Assembly: GCA_052327205.1 (NCBI GenBank)
Contig: CM126213.1
Span: 33,790,001 to 33,854,000 of the forward strand
From: Somniosus microcephalus
Lineage: Eukaryota
DNA length: 64,000 bases
Direction of reading: 5' to 3'
Position numbers and translations under genes: made by a program. This document shows positions 23,790 to 36,070 of the stretch, one piece after another. The notes under the pieces were generated by a model. That model made no database searches and was not told the origin of the DNA. It saw only the letters and a list, made by a program, of their open reading frames with translations. Every line of letters starts with the position of its first letter. The first letter of the stretch is position 1.

Positions 23790-24609
23790 GGCCGCGATCT
23801 TACCTGAGGAGGTGCGTTGGGGACGGGACTGCTGGCTTCCGGGTTCTAGTCCTGCCCCCAGCGACGTCTAACGAACAGACGCTATTTTGCCCTGATTGGC
23901 CTTGTTAAGCCCGCCCTGGGGGCTTGCCGGCCAATTAAGGGAAAGCCGGTGTCAGATGACGTCAGTGCATGATGCTTCATCTGCTGGTTTTCTTAAAGGG
24001 ACAGGCCCCATAACTTTTTGACAGATGAATTGTCAGTGTTTGACAGCATTAAGGTGCTGTAAAACACTGACAATCACTGTCCAAAGGTGAGCCCTTGTAC
24101 CCAGGCTCACCAATGACTCTCTCCTTAGGAGAAAGCAGATGGCAGCTGCATGTGAAATTGCAGAAGCCATCTGTCAATTCTCCCGATCAGATGAGGCTTC
24201 ACAGAAACATCAAATCTGGTCACCTGCAGATACATATAAACAGAATAAAAATATTTCTCGCAACATTCTCTCACCTGTCATACTTACCTGTGCACCATTG
24301 CACCCATCACACTACCTCTGCAGCTGTCATTTGCAGCAGACCCACAGCTCGCCTCGCTGACCCTGGCGGGGTTTCCCGCCGTCAGGAAGCCCGCATCAGC
24401 AGACGGAAAATGGTGAAAAGCCTCTTAACTGCCTGTTAATTGGCTCTAATCCCCTTCCCACCGCTAGGAGACGGGTCCCTGTGCGGGTCGGGGACCCGCC
24501 TCCCAGGAAGATGGTTCGGAGGCAGGTTAGGAGCAGGGTTGGGACCCACTCCCAATTTTTCCAATTTTCCCAGCAGACCCGCCTCCTCAAGGCTGGTAAA
24601 ATCCAGCCC
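23790..24609. mobile_element. Non-autonomous DNA transposon remnant (PIF/Harbinger-like)
   Basis: Imperfect TIRs ggccgcgatcttacc vs reverse complement gggctggattttacc (11/15), plus subterminal tgaggagg/cctcctca. No transposase ORF; superfamily is inferred. Confidence 0.5.
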
Positions 24610-25208
24610 TATGTGACTGAAGCCCACTGTCACCCAAAATCTTTTCTTTTGAGGTCTTTATTCAGTCCTTGATTTTTTGTTGTTAATTTTCTGCGATAAC
24701 ACGCTTGTATTTCCATTTTTAAAAAATGAAAGAACGAAATACGCCCCATGTTGTGAGAAGTCATTATGTCCCATATGACATTAAAGTAGCAATGGTTGAT
24801 GTGACCTTATTTTAAAATGCACCACTCTGGGAGATGGTTGTGAGTATGCACAGTCTGTGAAGGCGTCTCATGGGTTTAGGAGCATTCAAACTCTCGCTGT
24901 TGCCAGCGTTCCCCCAAAATCATTTCAACTGGCCAGGAGGTTAAAATGCATGAAAAACAAAACCTGGAATGTAATTGTGATTGGGTCAGAGGATGTCCCT
25001 CTGGAGAGATGGCGAATACCAAAAATATTCAGTGAGTTTGTTCAGAGATTGTTTTGCATTCTGTGGTTACTCGGGGGATGTACTATTTATAAAACACGTT
25101 TGGTTTCCTTCATTTGTTACTTTTTTTTAATGTTTTAGCTCGGATTGTTGGCAGGCCGTTTGCCCAATCCCGAATTCTCCCCCCCTCAACGGAGACTCCG
25201 ACACGCAC

Positions 25209-25559
25209 TAGGGTTGCCAACCCTCCAGGATTGCCCTGGAGTCTCCGGGAATGAGTCTCCAGGCCATTGCCGTGAGCAGCCCGGGGGAGAAAAAACATTG
25301 TGTTCATTCGTTCGATCGTTTTCTTTGAACACTTTTGTCTGTTAGTTGTAAAAATGTTGGAGACGGGAAGCAAGGCCGTTGGACTGACAGCCAGTCGGGT
25401 GACGGAGAGTCTGATCGTTTTTCCCAACTGGCGTGGGAAGGCGGGGCGCAGCGAAGATGGACGTGTCGGGCAACCAATGGCGGGAGTGTGGCGGTTGGAG
25501 GAGGGAGGTCACGTGATGAAACTTCCAGGAATATGTCCAACTGCAGTTGGTAACCCCTA
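25209..25559. mobile_element. hAT-like MITE
   Basis: TIRs tagggttgccaac…gttggtaaccccta; internal similarity to 55447-55747. Confidence 0.75.
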
Positions 25560-25689
25560 ACGCAAGGGGGGTGGGAATGGGGGGGCGATGTGACTAGATA
25601 GCGACTTGGAGCAGGAGCTCTGGCTTCATGTTTCTCCTCTGCCGCCCAGACGTGCTTGGGCGGCAATGGCACCCTCACACGCTGCTCTC

Positions 25690-25800
25690 AGTGCGCCCAG
25701 TCAGTACAGTCGGTGAATCAAACCTGGGACCTTCTGGCTTGCTTGGCCGAGCACCACACCGTACGGCGCAACATTCCCGCTATGCTGTCGAGGGAGCTGC
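25690..25800 (-). mobile_element. Old tRNA-derived SINE-like repeat, head fragment
   Basis: gaatcaaacctgggaccttctgg is the reverse complement of the family's B-box region. Confidence 0.4.
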
Positions 25801-26515
25801 GCAAAGATGTTTCTGTTTTGAAGTTGAAATGGGAATGAATGTGCTGTTCATGCTGGGGGAAGGCTCTATTCATTGGATGCTGAAGGTAATTGGGTTCTGG
25901 GTACAGTGTTGTACATTCAGCGGGTGCACTGCGCAATACTCCTTATGGGAGTGTGACTGAGGTTGTATTTGACAGGTAGAAGTCAACTGATCACCAATCA
26001 TTTGCATGTTGAATCGGTGATAGAAGTCCTTAGATCCAGCAATCCGCTGGAGAACTCGGTTGTCTGTCGGCAGAATATCACAGTTAAACTTAGGATTTTA
26101 TCTCCTTTTAGCTACAAGCTTCTTGGCAAGTGAGAGTCTTGTACAGTTTAGAGGTGTGTAGGCAAAGAAAAGAGTTAATGTGAATGGAGCTGGGAATGAC
26201 CACCACTTGTGGTGTTGGTCGCTGTTGGGGCAGCATTTCTTTCAGAGCTGCGTTTGCTAACGGGACCTTTGAAAATTATACTTATTACAACCAGGCACGG
26301 CTTCAGAAATGATATACACCACGGAGTTGGCACACTTCCATTGTGATGGGGAAATGTAGAGTCATTCCTTATTCCTGGTATCCATCCCTGCTTTGGTAGC
26401 TGAAGTTAAATAGGCAGTACTGTACCTCACTTTTAAAACCTTGCTACTTTTTTATGTTTCTTTTCCCTCCATTTAATCCTAAAAATGACCTGGCATGTCC
26501 CCGTGTCTGTGACAC

Positions 26516-26760
26516 AGAATTACATAGAATGTACAGCACAGAAACAGGCCATTCGGCCCAAATGGTTTATGCTCCACACGAGCCTCCTCCCACCCCTCTT
26601 CATCTCACCCTATTAGCGTAACCGTCTATTCCTATCTCCCTCATGTGTTTAGCTTCCTTTTAGATGCATCTACGCTATTTGCCTCAACTACTCCCATGTG
26701 GCAGCCTGCTCCCCATTCTAACCACTCTCTGGGTAAAGATGTTTCTCCTGAATTCCCTAT
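26516..26760 (-). mobile_element. CR1 3' fragment
   Basis: tacatagaatgtacagcacagaaacaggccattcggccc…accactctctgggtaaag. Confidence 0.85.
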
Positions 26761-27734
26761 TTTAAAACCTTTCTACATTTTCTTTGTTTCTTTCCTCGCC
26801 ATTTAATACTAAAATGACACAGAACTTCCCGTGTGTATGGCTGTGCGTGGATGCACACGCGGGACGGTGGGATGGGGGGGGCGAGGGTGTGGGGGGATAA
26901 TGCGTAGCGACGAGTGTGTTACGAGGCAGTAAAGCATTTCCAAGTTTGGGTGACATCCGAAGCGGTGAGTCAGAACCCAGTTTAGTTGGGATCTGGACCT
27001 CGAGACACGTTACTCCTGCACGTGTCGTGTTTCCGAGACACACTAGGGTGCTCACACCTTGGTGAAAGTCAGTAACCAGGTTGAGCAGGAGCCCACGACT
27101 GCGACATATGGCTCCAGCCGGCAATGCCGTTGTGTCACATGGCTCATTACCGATGTAGACTTGCATTCTGCTGTGCCATATTATGTAATACCCAGAAACG
27201 AAACTTGCCTTGTATATCCGTTTTAATTATCTGTTAACTGTTTTCTAACTAGCGCTTTTTGCACACTACGTCCCAAATATAGACATTTTCAACACAGGAC
27301 TGTGTGTGGCTGTTAACAGCAGCCTTGACACCCCCAGAATGTCTAGCTTTTAACAAGCAGTGACAAAGCAGCACTTCACAATGATGCAAAGATGACATTG
27401 CTGCATAATTGGTTTAAAAATGAGAACGCAAATACAAGGTGACTGCTGGAAGCCCTGCATAGTACTTTGGGGAATTTAGAGATAGCTGCTTTTCAGCTGC
27501 TTTAAATGGGGGTTAATTTATGTTCGTAACCATTGTGTCTCCTGGTGGGCCCCACCAGTTAATGTAATTATTCTCTGAGATATGATTTATAGGCTGGACC
27601 GTAGGATTAAAACAATAGGGTCAAGCTTTTTTTTTAACTGCTAAAAGTAGCACAGTTTCTACAGCAACAGCATAAAGGTACTGCCACTGAATTAGGTTTC
27701 TTATAGCTTCCTATTTTCATTTATTCTCCCGTTG

Positions 27735-28295
27735 ATTTTTCCCCTCCTTTCCTGAAGGTGCTAACTGTTACTAGACTACAGTTCCCCAGGCGCTGGCTGC
27801 CCTATCAGTACCTCATCTAAGTCGCCATTCTTCATGTGTGAGCCTAGTCAACACCAATAACAACTTGCATTTAACGTAGTAAAAGATCCCAAGGCACTTC
27901 ACAGGAGCGTTATCAAACAGAATTTGGCACCCAGCCACGTAAGGAGGTATTAGGACAGGCGACTAAAAGCTTGGTCAACGAGGCAGGTTTTAAGGAGCGT
28001 CTTAAAGGAGGAGAGAGAGGCGGAGAGGCTTACGGAGGGAATTCCAGAGCTCAGGGGCCCAGGCCGCTGAAGGCACGGCCGCCAGTGGTGGAGCGAAGGA
28101 AGTCGGGGCTGCACGAGACAGTGAGTGCTTTCAACGCGGAGGGCCTGATCCTTACTCGACAGCCACACACGTGCAGCATCCGGCAGCAGTCGGGTCAGTA
28201 ACGATTGCGAGCCGAAGCCCTGACTTAGCTCAGCTAACTCGGCCACAGCCTGGGACTGAAACTGGCACTGTTGCAGCCTGTATGAGTGAGTGAGT
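27735..28295 (-). mobile_element. Old SINE-like repeat split by an L2 insertion
   Basis: ccattcttcatgtgtgagcctag (left part) continues as gacagtgagtg…ctcagctaactc…gggactgaaactgg (right part). Confidence 0.55.
27850..28112 (-). mobile_element. L2 LINE 3' end
   Basis: aacaacttgcatttaacgtagtaaaag…gaaggcacggccgccagtggtggagc. Confidence 0.88.
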
Positions 28296-29544
28296 ACCAC
28301 GGCGGGACATGGTCTCGCCATCCCGACTATCGGGAGAGTGCTGTAACTAAGGTGAATGTGCCGGTGCGCCACGTGTAAGCTTGATGCAGAAGTGGGCATT
28401 ACGACAGTACCAGGGAGCAATGATCCAGTCTCTGTACTTACAATTGCACTTCCAGTTTCCTAATGTTTTATTTATTGTTTTTCGTACCGTTGGGCTGTGT
28501 TGTGCTGGAGTGATGCAGTGCGCAGACCAATAAAGGTGATTGCAGCACCTAGCCTGTAGGTATATCGTACTGTGTGACGGGTACGCTAATGTCACAAATT
28601 CGCTGGTATTTTTTTGCAAGGCAGTTCCCAGTAAGTAAACTGCTCTCTGTGCACTATCATGTTTTTTTATTTCTATGCGGAAATGTTGCTGGTGTATTTT
28701 GGAAAGCTAACACCAGATTAGCTGCATGTTACAGATGTGGAAAAAAAACTAAACATTGATGACATTTGGTACAGATTAGAGATGCGATTCAATTTAAACA
28801 TCGTTTTTTTAAAAATATGTATATACTGTATATGCTGGGCATTCCAGTTCAGTGCTGCGTACAAAATTTCAATCACTTTACTGGGGAAAGAGAATCTGTC
28901 ACAATCTGGGCAGCTACATGGGATCTGACTAATTACTGGGCAAATCTTTTCTTAACTTGCTCTTATCTAGTAATTTATTGAGCGAGCAGTGCATTGGCTC
29001 TTCCCAGTGTAGTGCGAGTCTGACTCACGCGAGAGAAAACATCTAAAAGTGGTACGGCCGACACGTGAGCGCTCTATCAGTAAATAGCTGGTGGCCGCCC
29101 AGTTTGGATTGCGTTTTTTCTCTCCCAATTATACAGTTGAAGAATTAAAGCTATCCTTCACTCCGAAAGAAATAAACCAAAATATTTTATTGGCAAGTCT
29201 GAGCGTGAGGACACCTTGCAGTTGTGCAAGAGGCACTCTGTAGTAACATTGTCGTGTTTGGGAGAACCAGGCTCCTTTGCACAGTGCTAACTTACTGGCA
29301 CCACTAAAATATGCTCCCTGTGTTTGAGGTGATGCAGCATTGAAATTTGTCACTTCCGCCTCTATGAATGATTTTTGTTGTTAGAATGAAGCGTAGTATA
29401 TGATTGAATTGTAGTCGGGCTACTCCTTGTAGGCTCTGCGATAATACACAGTAGGTGTTCAATAAGTACTATAATTCCTTTGCAAAAGTAGTTCTTTAGA
29501 TGAAGAATTGCGATGAGTTAATGCGCCATCTGATCAGTCTGTGG

Positions 29545-29722
29545 GTTGGTAATCCGGAGTCCTGGACTAATAATCGGGGGAATGGGAGTACAAATCCCAC
29601 CGTGGCAATTTGAGAATTTGAATTCAGTTTTTTTTTAAATCTGGAAATAAAATGCTGGTGTACCGCGAACATGAAGCAGTCGGCTTGTCATGAAAACCCA
29701 ACTGGCTCACTAATGTCCTCTT
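29545..29722 (+). mobile_element. tRNA-derived SINE fragment (a different family)
   Basis: gtaatccggagtcctggactaat…gagtacaaatcccaccgtggca…aaaacccaactggctcactaatgtcct; B-box-like head. Confidence 0.5.
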
Positions 29723-30213
29723 GGGTGAGAATAGCAGCCGTGTTATATTAAAAGATAAAAGTTGAAAATCCAACATAAAATTAGCAAGCAGGTGTTGATC
29801 GAAAAGTTGTTCAAAGCACATTCTTCCTTTTTATTTTTCCCCCTCCTACTTTACTGCTGTATATTTTCCTTGCACATTCCACTGGAAACAGAATCCTAAT
29901 TCTCTAAAGGGAAAAAAAACCCCAGTATTTTCAAAGTGATTTATTCCCCCCTCCCCTCCCCCCACCACTACCCACCGACATTGCTTTATACTATACTTAG
30001 TAAGACGAGTGTGACACACTGTCAAAGAATTGGTGTGGAACAACGCTCATCTGGTTTTGATTTCATTTCAATCTAATGGAAACAGTTGCAGCCATTTTAA
30101 TTTAGGCTGTGTCACTGCTGAAATTCTCGGTGTACAGTCACTCTTGCTTTCCTTTTAACTGATAGTTTTTTTCTTCCACACATTGAACCGTATAGGCAGA
30201 GCTGGTATTTTTT

Positions 30214-30232
30214 GTGTGTGTGTGTGTGTGTG
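30214..30232. repeat. (TG)n microsatellite
   Basis: About 9-10 TG units. Confidence 0.9.
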
Positions 30233-30477
30233 AATGAGAATAAAAAACAGATGCTTGTTGCTTAAGCGCCTGCCGGTGATGACAGGACTAAGATACCAGA
30301 GGATTGTACATGATATCGCCAGGGGTCAGACGCGTCCCATTTCCACAACCAAAACGCGCCACACTTCCCCAGGGGGGCTGGTTCACGCTTAAAACGTTCC
30401 TTATTTTCCGGCGCAGGGTTCCGGATGACCGTGAGACGCAGGCACGCCAACCTCCAAGATGAAGGAATTCGCTGCAC

Positions 30478-30686
30478 GAGAGAGTGGAGGAAGCTGATTC
30501 AATAGTAACTTTCAGAAGAGAATTGGATATAATACGTGAAAAAGGAAAAAAAAAATTAAATAAATTTGAAAGGCTGTGCTAGGGAAAGAGCAAGGGGGAG
30601 TGGGACTAATTGGAGAGCTCTTTCAAAGAGCCGGCACAGGCACAATGGGCCAAATAGCCTCCTTCTGTGTTGTATGAATCCATGAT
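30478..30686 (+). mobile_element. CR1 3' tail
   Basis: Similar to 7085-7290. Confidence 0.8.
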
Positions 30687-30984
30687 TAGCAAAAGCTTAT
30701 CCACGGCTTCACGAGAGCTGACGCAGCTTCTACCCCCCCACAAGAAAAAAGGCCAATGACTCAAGAATGCGACCTGTTTTTAAACATATGACATTAAAAC
30801 TAGCAGTCACGTGGGATTTGTGATACCAAGTCGTAGCTATATCTGGCATGTATCGGGGAGGAGGGGGAGAAACAAAACGTTTAACTGCCTGATAGCCTGA
30901 AGAGGAATAATGTTGACGGCACAAAAGAGTTTGCCGTCTCCAGATCCAGGCCATTGGCACCGAGAGTGCGCGAAGCGGAAGAGT

Positions 30985-31060
30985 GAAAGAAGAAAGAAAG
31001 AACCTGCATTTATATAGTGCCTTTCACGACCCTCGGGACCTCCTGAGTCCTGCAATACAC
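30985..31060 (-). mobile_element. Deu-SINE 3' tail fragment
   Basis: aaagaaagaacctgcatttatatagtgcctttcacgaccctcgggac. Confidence 0.7.
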
Positions 31061-31246
31061 AGCCAGCCTCGGAAGGAGGGAAATTTTAAATTGGCTTTTC
31101 AGCTGGGAGCCGGACGATGGGCTGCACCCAAGCCACTAACTTGCATTTTCCCTTTCAGATGCTATCCGGCCTACTGTTGACTTGCAGCGTGTGTTTTTTT
31201 TTTGTTTCTCTTCGCGCATGGCTGCGGCAGTGTATTGAGTACACTT

Positions 31247-32265
31247 GAGGCTTTCGATAAGGTCCCGCATAAGAGATTAGCGTGTAAAGTTAACGCACAT
31301 GGGATTGGGGGCAAGGTACTGACTTGGATAGAGAACTGTTGGCAGACAGAAAGCAAAGAGTTGGAATAAACGGCTCTTTTTCCAAGTGGTGGGCAATGAC
31401 TAGTGGGGTACCGCAGGGATCGGTGCTAGGACCCCAGCTATTCACAAAATATATTAATGATATGGACGAGGGAACTAGATGTAATATCTCCAAGTTTGCA
31501 GATGACACAAAGCTGGGTGGGCGTGTGTGCTGTGAGGAGGATGCCGAGAAACTCCAGTATGATTTGGACAGGTTGGGTGATTGGGCAGATGCATGGCCGA
31601 TGCAGTATAATGTGGATAAATGAGAGGTTATCCACTTTGGTGGCAAAAACAGGAAGGCAGATTATTATCTGAATGGTAATAGGGCCTTGGTGAGACCACA
31701 TCTTGAGTATTGATGTGCAGTTTTGGTCGCCTTATCTGAGGAAGGATGTTCTTCTTGCCATGGAGGGAGTGCAGCGAAGATTCACCAGACTGATACCTGG
31801 GATGGCAGGAATGACATATGAGGAGAGATTGGGTCGATTGGGCTTTTACTCGCTGGAGTTTAGAAGAATGAGAGGGGATCTCATTGAAACTTATAAAATT
31901 CTAACAGGACTAGACAGACTAGATGCAGGAAGGCTGTTCCCGATGGCGGGGGAGTCCAGAACCAGTGGTCACAGTCTAAGGATAAGGTGTAAGCCATTTA
32001 GGACAGAGATGAGGAGGAATTTCTTCACCCAAAGAGTGGTGGACCTGTGGAATTTTCTATCACAGAAGGCAGTTGAGGCCAATTCATTAAATATATTCAA
32101 GAAGGAGTTAGATAGATTTCTTAAGGCTAAAGGGATCAAGGGATATGGGGAGAAAGCAGGGACAGGGTACTGAATTTGGATGATCAGCCATGATCTCATT
32201 GAATGGCGGAGCAGGCTCGAGGGGCCGAATGGCCTACTCCTGCTCCTATCTTCTATGTTTCTATG
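31247..32265 (+). mobile_element. CR1 LINE fragment including RT motifs (pseudogenised)
   Basis: AFDKVPH…SGVPQGSVLGP…SKFADDTKLGG; premature stop, frameshift and internal deletion; (tttctatg)-type tail. Confidence 0.97.
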
Positions 32266-32531
32266 AGTGGGAAACTCATGTACGTACATTTTCACAAGTG
32301 GCATTGTTTTGTAGACTGGATTCCCAGTTCCTCGCAGTCGGAGCTTCCATCCATTGTTAATTCTTTGTCGCTGAATTTGAAAGAGAGAGGTCTGTGGAGC
32401 TCCAGTGCTGGAAGTACCTGCACTGGATTAGTGAAAATCAAGAAGAAAATTGGACTTTAAAACTATTGTGTGTGAATATTAACGTACAAATATGCTCTTC
32501 CTTTGCCTGCCCATTTTGACGGAGGTGTGTT

Positions 32532-32638
32532 AAGAACATAAGAGATAGGAGCAGGAGTGGGCCATTCGGCCCCTCGAGCCTGCTCCGCCATTCAATGAGA
32601 TCATGGCTGATCAGCCAAATTCAGTACCCTGTCCCTGT
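32532..32638 (-). mobile_element. CR1 3' tail, inverted relative to 32160-32265
   Basis: Near reverse complement of the preceding CR1 3' UTR. Confidence 0.9.
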
Positions 32639-33464
32639 CAATGGAAGAAATGAACTCCAGTGGCAAACTGAGAACGGAAAAGCTCAGTAATGCGAGAGAG
32701 AGAAAAAAAACCTGGAGACTGCATATTCCACAGAATTTCTAAAAAGGCGTGAGAGTGTACTGAAGGGTGTAGCAGTCTCTGGGTTCACATGACATCAATT
32801 CACTGCTTCAGCATTGCTCTGTGGTTAATGAGGTCATCTGAAGCTGCCGATGTCTTGCAGCCCGGTAAACATGCCTGCAACCATTTTGTTACTCTCTGCC
32901 AAATGCCCTGGCTGCATAAGAACCTCGTCGTCCGCCGGTGACGCAGACTGCGGCTGGGGTACAAGGTGGGGTTCTCGGGCCGGCCCGTAGAATACTGGGT
33001 GAAATAGTGAAGCGTCCGAGCCCCACTTGCGTTCAAACGCAAAGCTGACGGTGGCAGCGCCGTGTGCCCGTTGAGTTTGAGGCGGCACTGGGGTCCCGGT
33101 GGCGTGATGGGGGTTAGATGCAGACAGAGAGTAGCAATATTCGACCGTCGGGGTTTAAAAATAACCGGAATGTAAAGGGGTTGCGATTTGGGTGTCATGG
33201 AATCATACAGCGCAGTGGGAGGCCATTCGGTCCATCGTGCCAAGTGGAGGATTTGTGGCCATTGAATCTGTGCTGTGCCATCCATCGCTCTGGGTCAGTC
33301 ACTTTTCGAGTGCGCAGTGTGTACCTTCATTATGTTAAAGCTGTCTCACACACTCATTGTCATGCAGCAACATCAGGTCTTTTTTTTACATTTCCTCTCC
33401 GGCTCGGGGCCATTTTATCTTCAGTAGAGTTTTTTTTTAAACTGCAAGGAAATCTGAATTCAGG

Positions 33465-33630
33465 ACAGCAAATGCTGGAAATACACAGCAGAAAAGAGAA
33501 AAGACAGCTTAATGTTTCCGGGAGTTCTGATGAAGGATCTACACCAGAGACGGTAACCTGTCTCTTCTCTTCATAGATGTTAATTGAATTGCTGTGTATT
33601 CCGAGCACTTTCTGTTATTTCACTTTCTCT
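33465..33630. mobile_element. Degenerate PLE-derived fold-back with decayed hammerhead
   Basis: aatgctggaaatacacagca…tgctgtgtattccgagcact inverted arms; gttCTGATGAaggatctacaccaGAGAcgg in the middle. Confidence 0.65.
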
Positions 33631-33943
33631 TCAGTTCTCGATTAACAGCCGTGGCTTTTCTAGAGTTGCTGTCAAATATAAAAAGATCAAAAACGCTGTT
33701 CGATTACCAGCTTTAGAAACCTCCTCAGCCCTGAAAAATGGTCTTGATTGTGGTTACTGTGATTTTTAAAAAAAATCGTAAGTGGCCAATTTAAAACATT
33801 TAGTAATAATATTGTTCTGAGATGTACCAGCTCCAACTGTGCCAAAACTTCGCAATACCCGATTGTTGGGATAATACTTCCCGATGTGAGGAACTCCAGC
33901 CCTGAAATCTGGCTTTGCCCAGTGCGGGTTCCTCCTGTTAAAG

Positions 33944-34262
33944 GCACTGTTGCCTCACAGCACCAGGGACCCGGGTTCGAATCCGGCCTCGGGCGACTGT
34001 GTGGAGTTTGCACATTCTCCCCGTGTTTCCGTGGGTTTCCTCCGGGTGCTCCGGTTCCCTCCCACAGTCCAAAGATGTGCGGGTTAGGTTGATTGGCTAT
34101 GATAAATTGACCCTTAGTGTTAGGGGGATTAAATACGTGGGGTTACGGGAATAGGGTGGGATATGTGTTGGTGTAGGGGTTATGGGGATCGGGTGGGATA
34201 TGTGTCAATGCAGGCTCGATGGGCCGAAATGGCCTCTATCTGCATTGTGGGGTTTCTGTGAT
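33944..34262 (+). mobile_element. HE1-like V-SINE, 5'-truncated
   Basis: B box ggttcgaatcc; V domain tgtggagtttgcacattctccccgtg…gggtttcctccgggtgctccggtt; CR1-like tail gggccgaaatggcct. Confidence 0.88.
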
Positions 34263-34544
34263 TGCTCTTTATACTAGCGCATTTTAAAAATTGCTATATA
34301 ATTATTCCATACCTGTGATTTAAAAAAAGTTAACTAGATCCCACCGAGGTGGCTCCTGGAGTACTGCTGAACCACGCGTAGCTCCTGGGCCCGATCCCTG
34401 GTCTCTGCTGAGTTTGCTGGCCTTCACTGTAGCATCGTTAAGGGTGCTACACCTTGGCCTCAGTCCCCCAAAGCGGCAAAGGGCAGATCAGCCAGGTTCT
34501 CCACTCCTCATTGCTATCCATCGGCCCAATTTGGAAAGTCTGTT

Positions 34545-35150
34545 GTGGGGTAATTTAATTTCTGCTGATATTGGACCAGCCGCCCTTTATACACCGCTCC
34601 CCATTTTTTCTTTTTGCGTTGACTTCAATGGAAAATGGGCACGGTGGCATAGTGGTTAGCACTGTTGCCTCACAGCGCCAGGGACCCGGGTTCAAATCTG
34701 GCCTCGGGCGACTGTCTGTGTGGAGTTTGCACATTCTCCCCGTGTTTGCGTGGGTTTCCTCCGGGTGCTCCGGTTTCCTCCCACAGTCCAAAGATGTGCG
34801 GGTTAGGTTGATTGGCTATGATAAATTGACCCTTAGTGTTAGGGGATTAAATACGTGGGGTTACGGGGATAGGGTGGGATATGCGTTGGTGTAGGGGTTA
34901 CGGGGATCGGGTGGGATATGTGTCAGTGCAGGCTTGATGGGCCGAAATGGCCTCTATCTGCACTGTGGGGTTTCTGTGATTTCTGTGATGTGTCAGTGCA
35001 GGCTCGATGGGCCGAAATGGCCTCTATCTGCACTGTAGATTCTGTGATTCTGTGAAAAGGGGGAAAAAATGGGAGCGGTGTGTAACGGGCGGCTGATCAG
35101 ACCCGATATGGCCTGTTTCACACTGTCGACAAAAAGTTAAAATGACCCAC
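34545..35150. mobile_element. Palindromic MITE-like element containing an HE1 insertion
   Basis: Arms accagccgccctttatacaccgctccccattttttc / gaaaaaatgggagcggtgtgtaacgggcggctgat; termini gtggggtaattt / aaaatgacccac. Confidence 0.75.
34637..35055 (+). mobile_element. HE1-like V-SINE, full length, with duplicated 3' tail
   Basis: A box tggcatagtgg, B box ggttcaaatc, V domain; the tail block tgtgtcagtgcaggc…ggcctctatctgcactgt occurs twice. Confidence 0.92.
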
Positions 35151-35946
35151 GCCTCATTGTGCGTCAGTCTTGGGGCAGCACAGAATCAGGCTCGTCTGCC
35201 CTTTCCCCCTCGTGCCAATAGCTAAGACTGGAAACCTGCGGCCTGGGCTGACGTTTGCCGAGTGGTCACTACGGCGAGGTACCGGAGGCTGACCATGAAC
35301 TCGTACCCCAGCGTGAGACGGTGTCTGCAGCAGAGGAGGGGAGGAAACTGCGAGGGGGCAGGAAAATAAATAGAAAAGTGTTTTCCCCACCTGCTTTGGG
35401 AACTCCTCTGCTGGTCATTCCGAGACAGAGCGAGAGAGAGAGAGTGGGGGAAAGAGAAACGACTTGAGAAGGCCTTCTTGTGTCTTGTCAGATATGGACA
35501 TGTCCCAGTGACAGGGTTCGATGCGGAGTAGTGTTGACTGTTTTAAAATCATTGTTAGACTGGAAGTGTAAACGCGTTTCTGTTTGACAGTTTCTTTTTT
35601 TAGCCGGGAATTTAAGCTGCCTGCTCAAAGATACACTATTGCACCCAGCTGAGCAAATAAGCAATCTCGCATCCCAGTTGGCAGAGCTTGTATACATGAT
35701 AGACTGTGGCGAAAAGTATAATTTTTTTTTCTCTCTCCTTCGTGAAAAATATTTTAAACTGTAACAGATGTGCGAGTAGGCACATGCATACCAGCTTAAC
35801 TCCTCGTAAAAGAGATAAGTTGCAGTGTTTTATAGGGCGCGAGCTGGGCCCAATCCAGAAAGGCACCTTTTTATTTGAAGGCCATTAATTGTAAATAAGA
35901 TGACATACAAACTGATACATTCGAAGCTTCCTCTTCCAGGCACATC

Positions 35947-36070
35947 CGGGCTAATTTTGACTTTGGGCCAAAGTCTAAAACGCCCGTTAAACACCTCTCT
36001 TGATTTTTTCAAAACGAGAATCGGGGGAGGAGTTTAACTCGTTTTACTCTATCGGCCGAAGCCCCTCCCG
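35947..36070. mobile_element. Short deleted copy of the palindromic MITE family
   Basis: gggctaattttgactttgggc…aaaacgcccgttaaacacctctcttgatttt…aatcgggggaggagtttaac…gttttactctatcg. Confidence 0.5.

Larger units (their letters stand above)
34370..35360 (+). mobile_element. Old SINE-like repeat split by a MITE (parts 34370-34544 and 35151-35360)
   Basis: 5' part gatccctggtctctgctgagtttgctg…ccactcctcattgctatcca; 3' part …ggcgaggtaccggagg…gtaccccagc…gaggaggggagg. Confidence 0.55.

Noticed and set aside
24265-24295. Strong minus-strand splice donor (CAG|GTAAGT)
   Set aside because: It lies within a DNA-transposon remnant and has no supported exon upstream.
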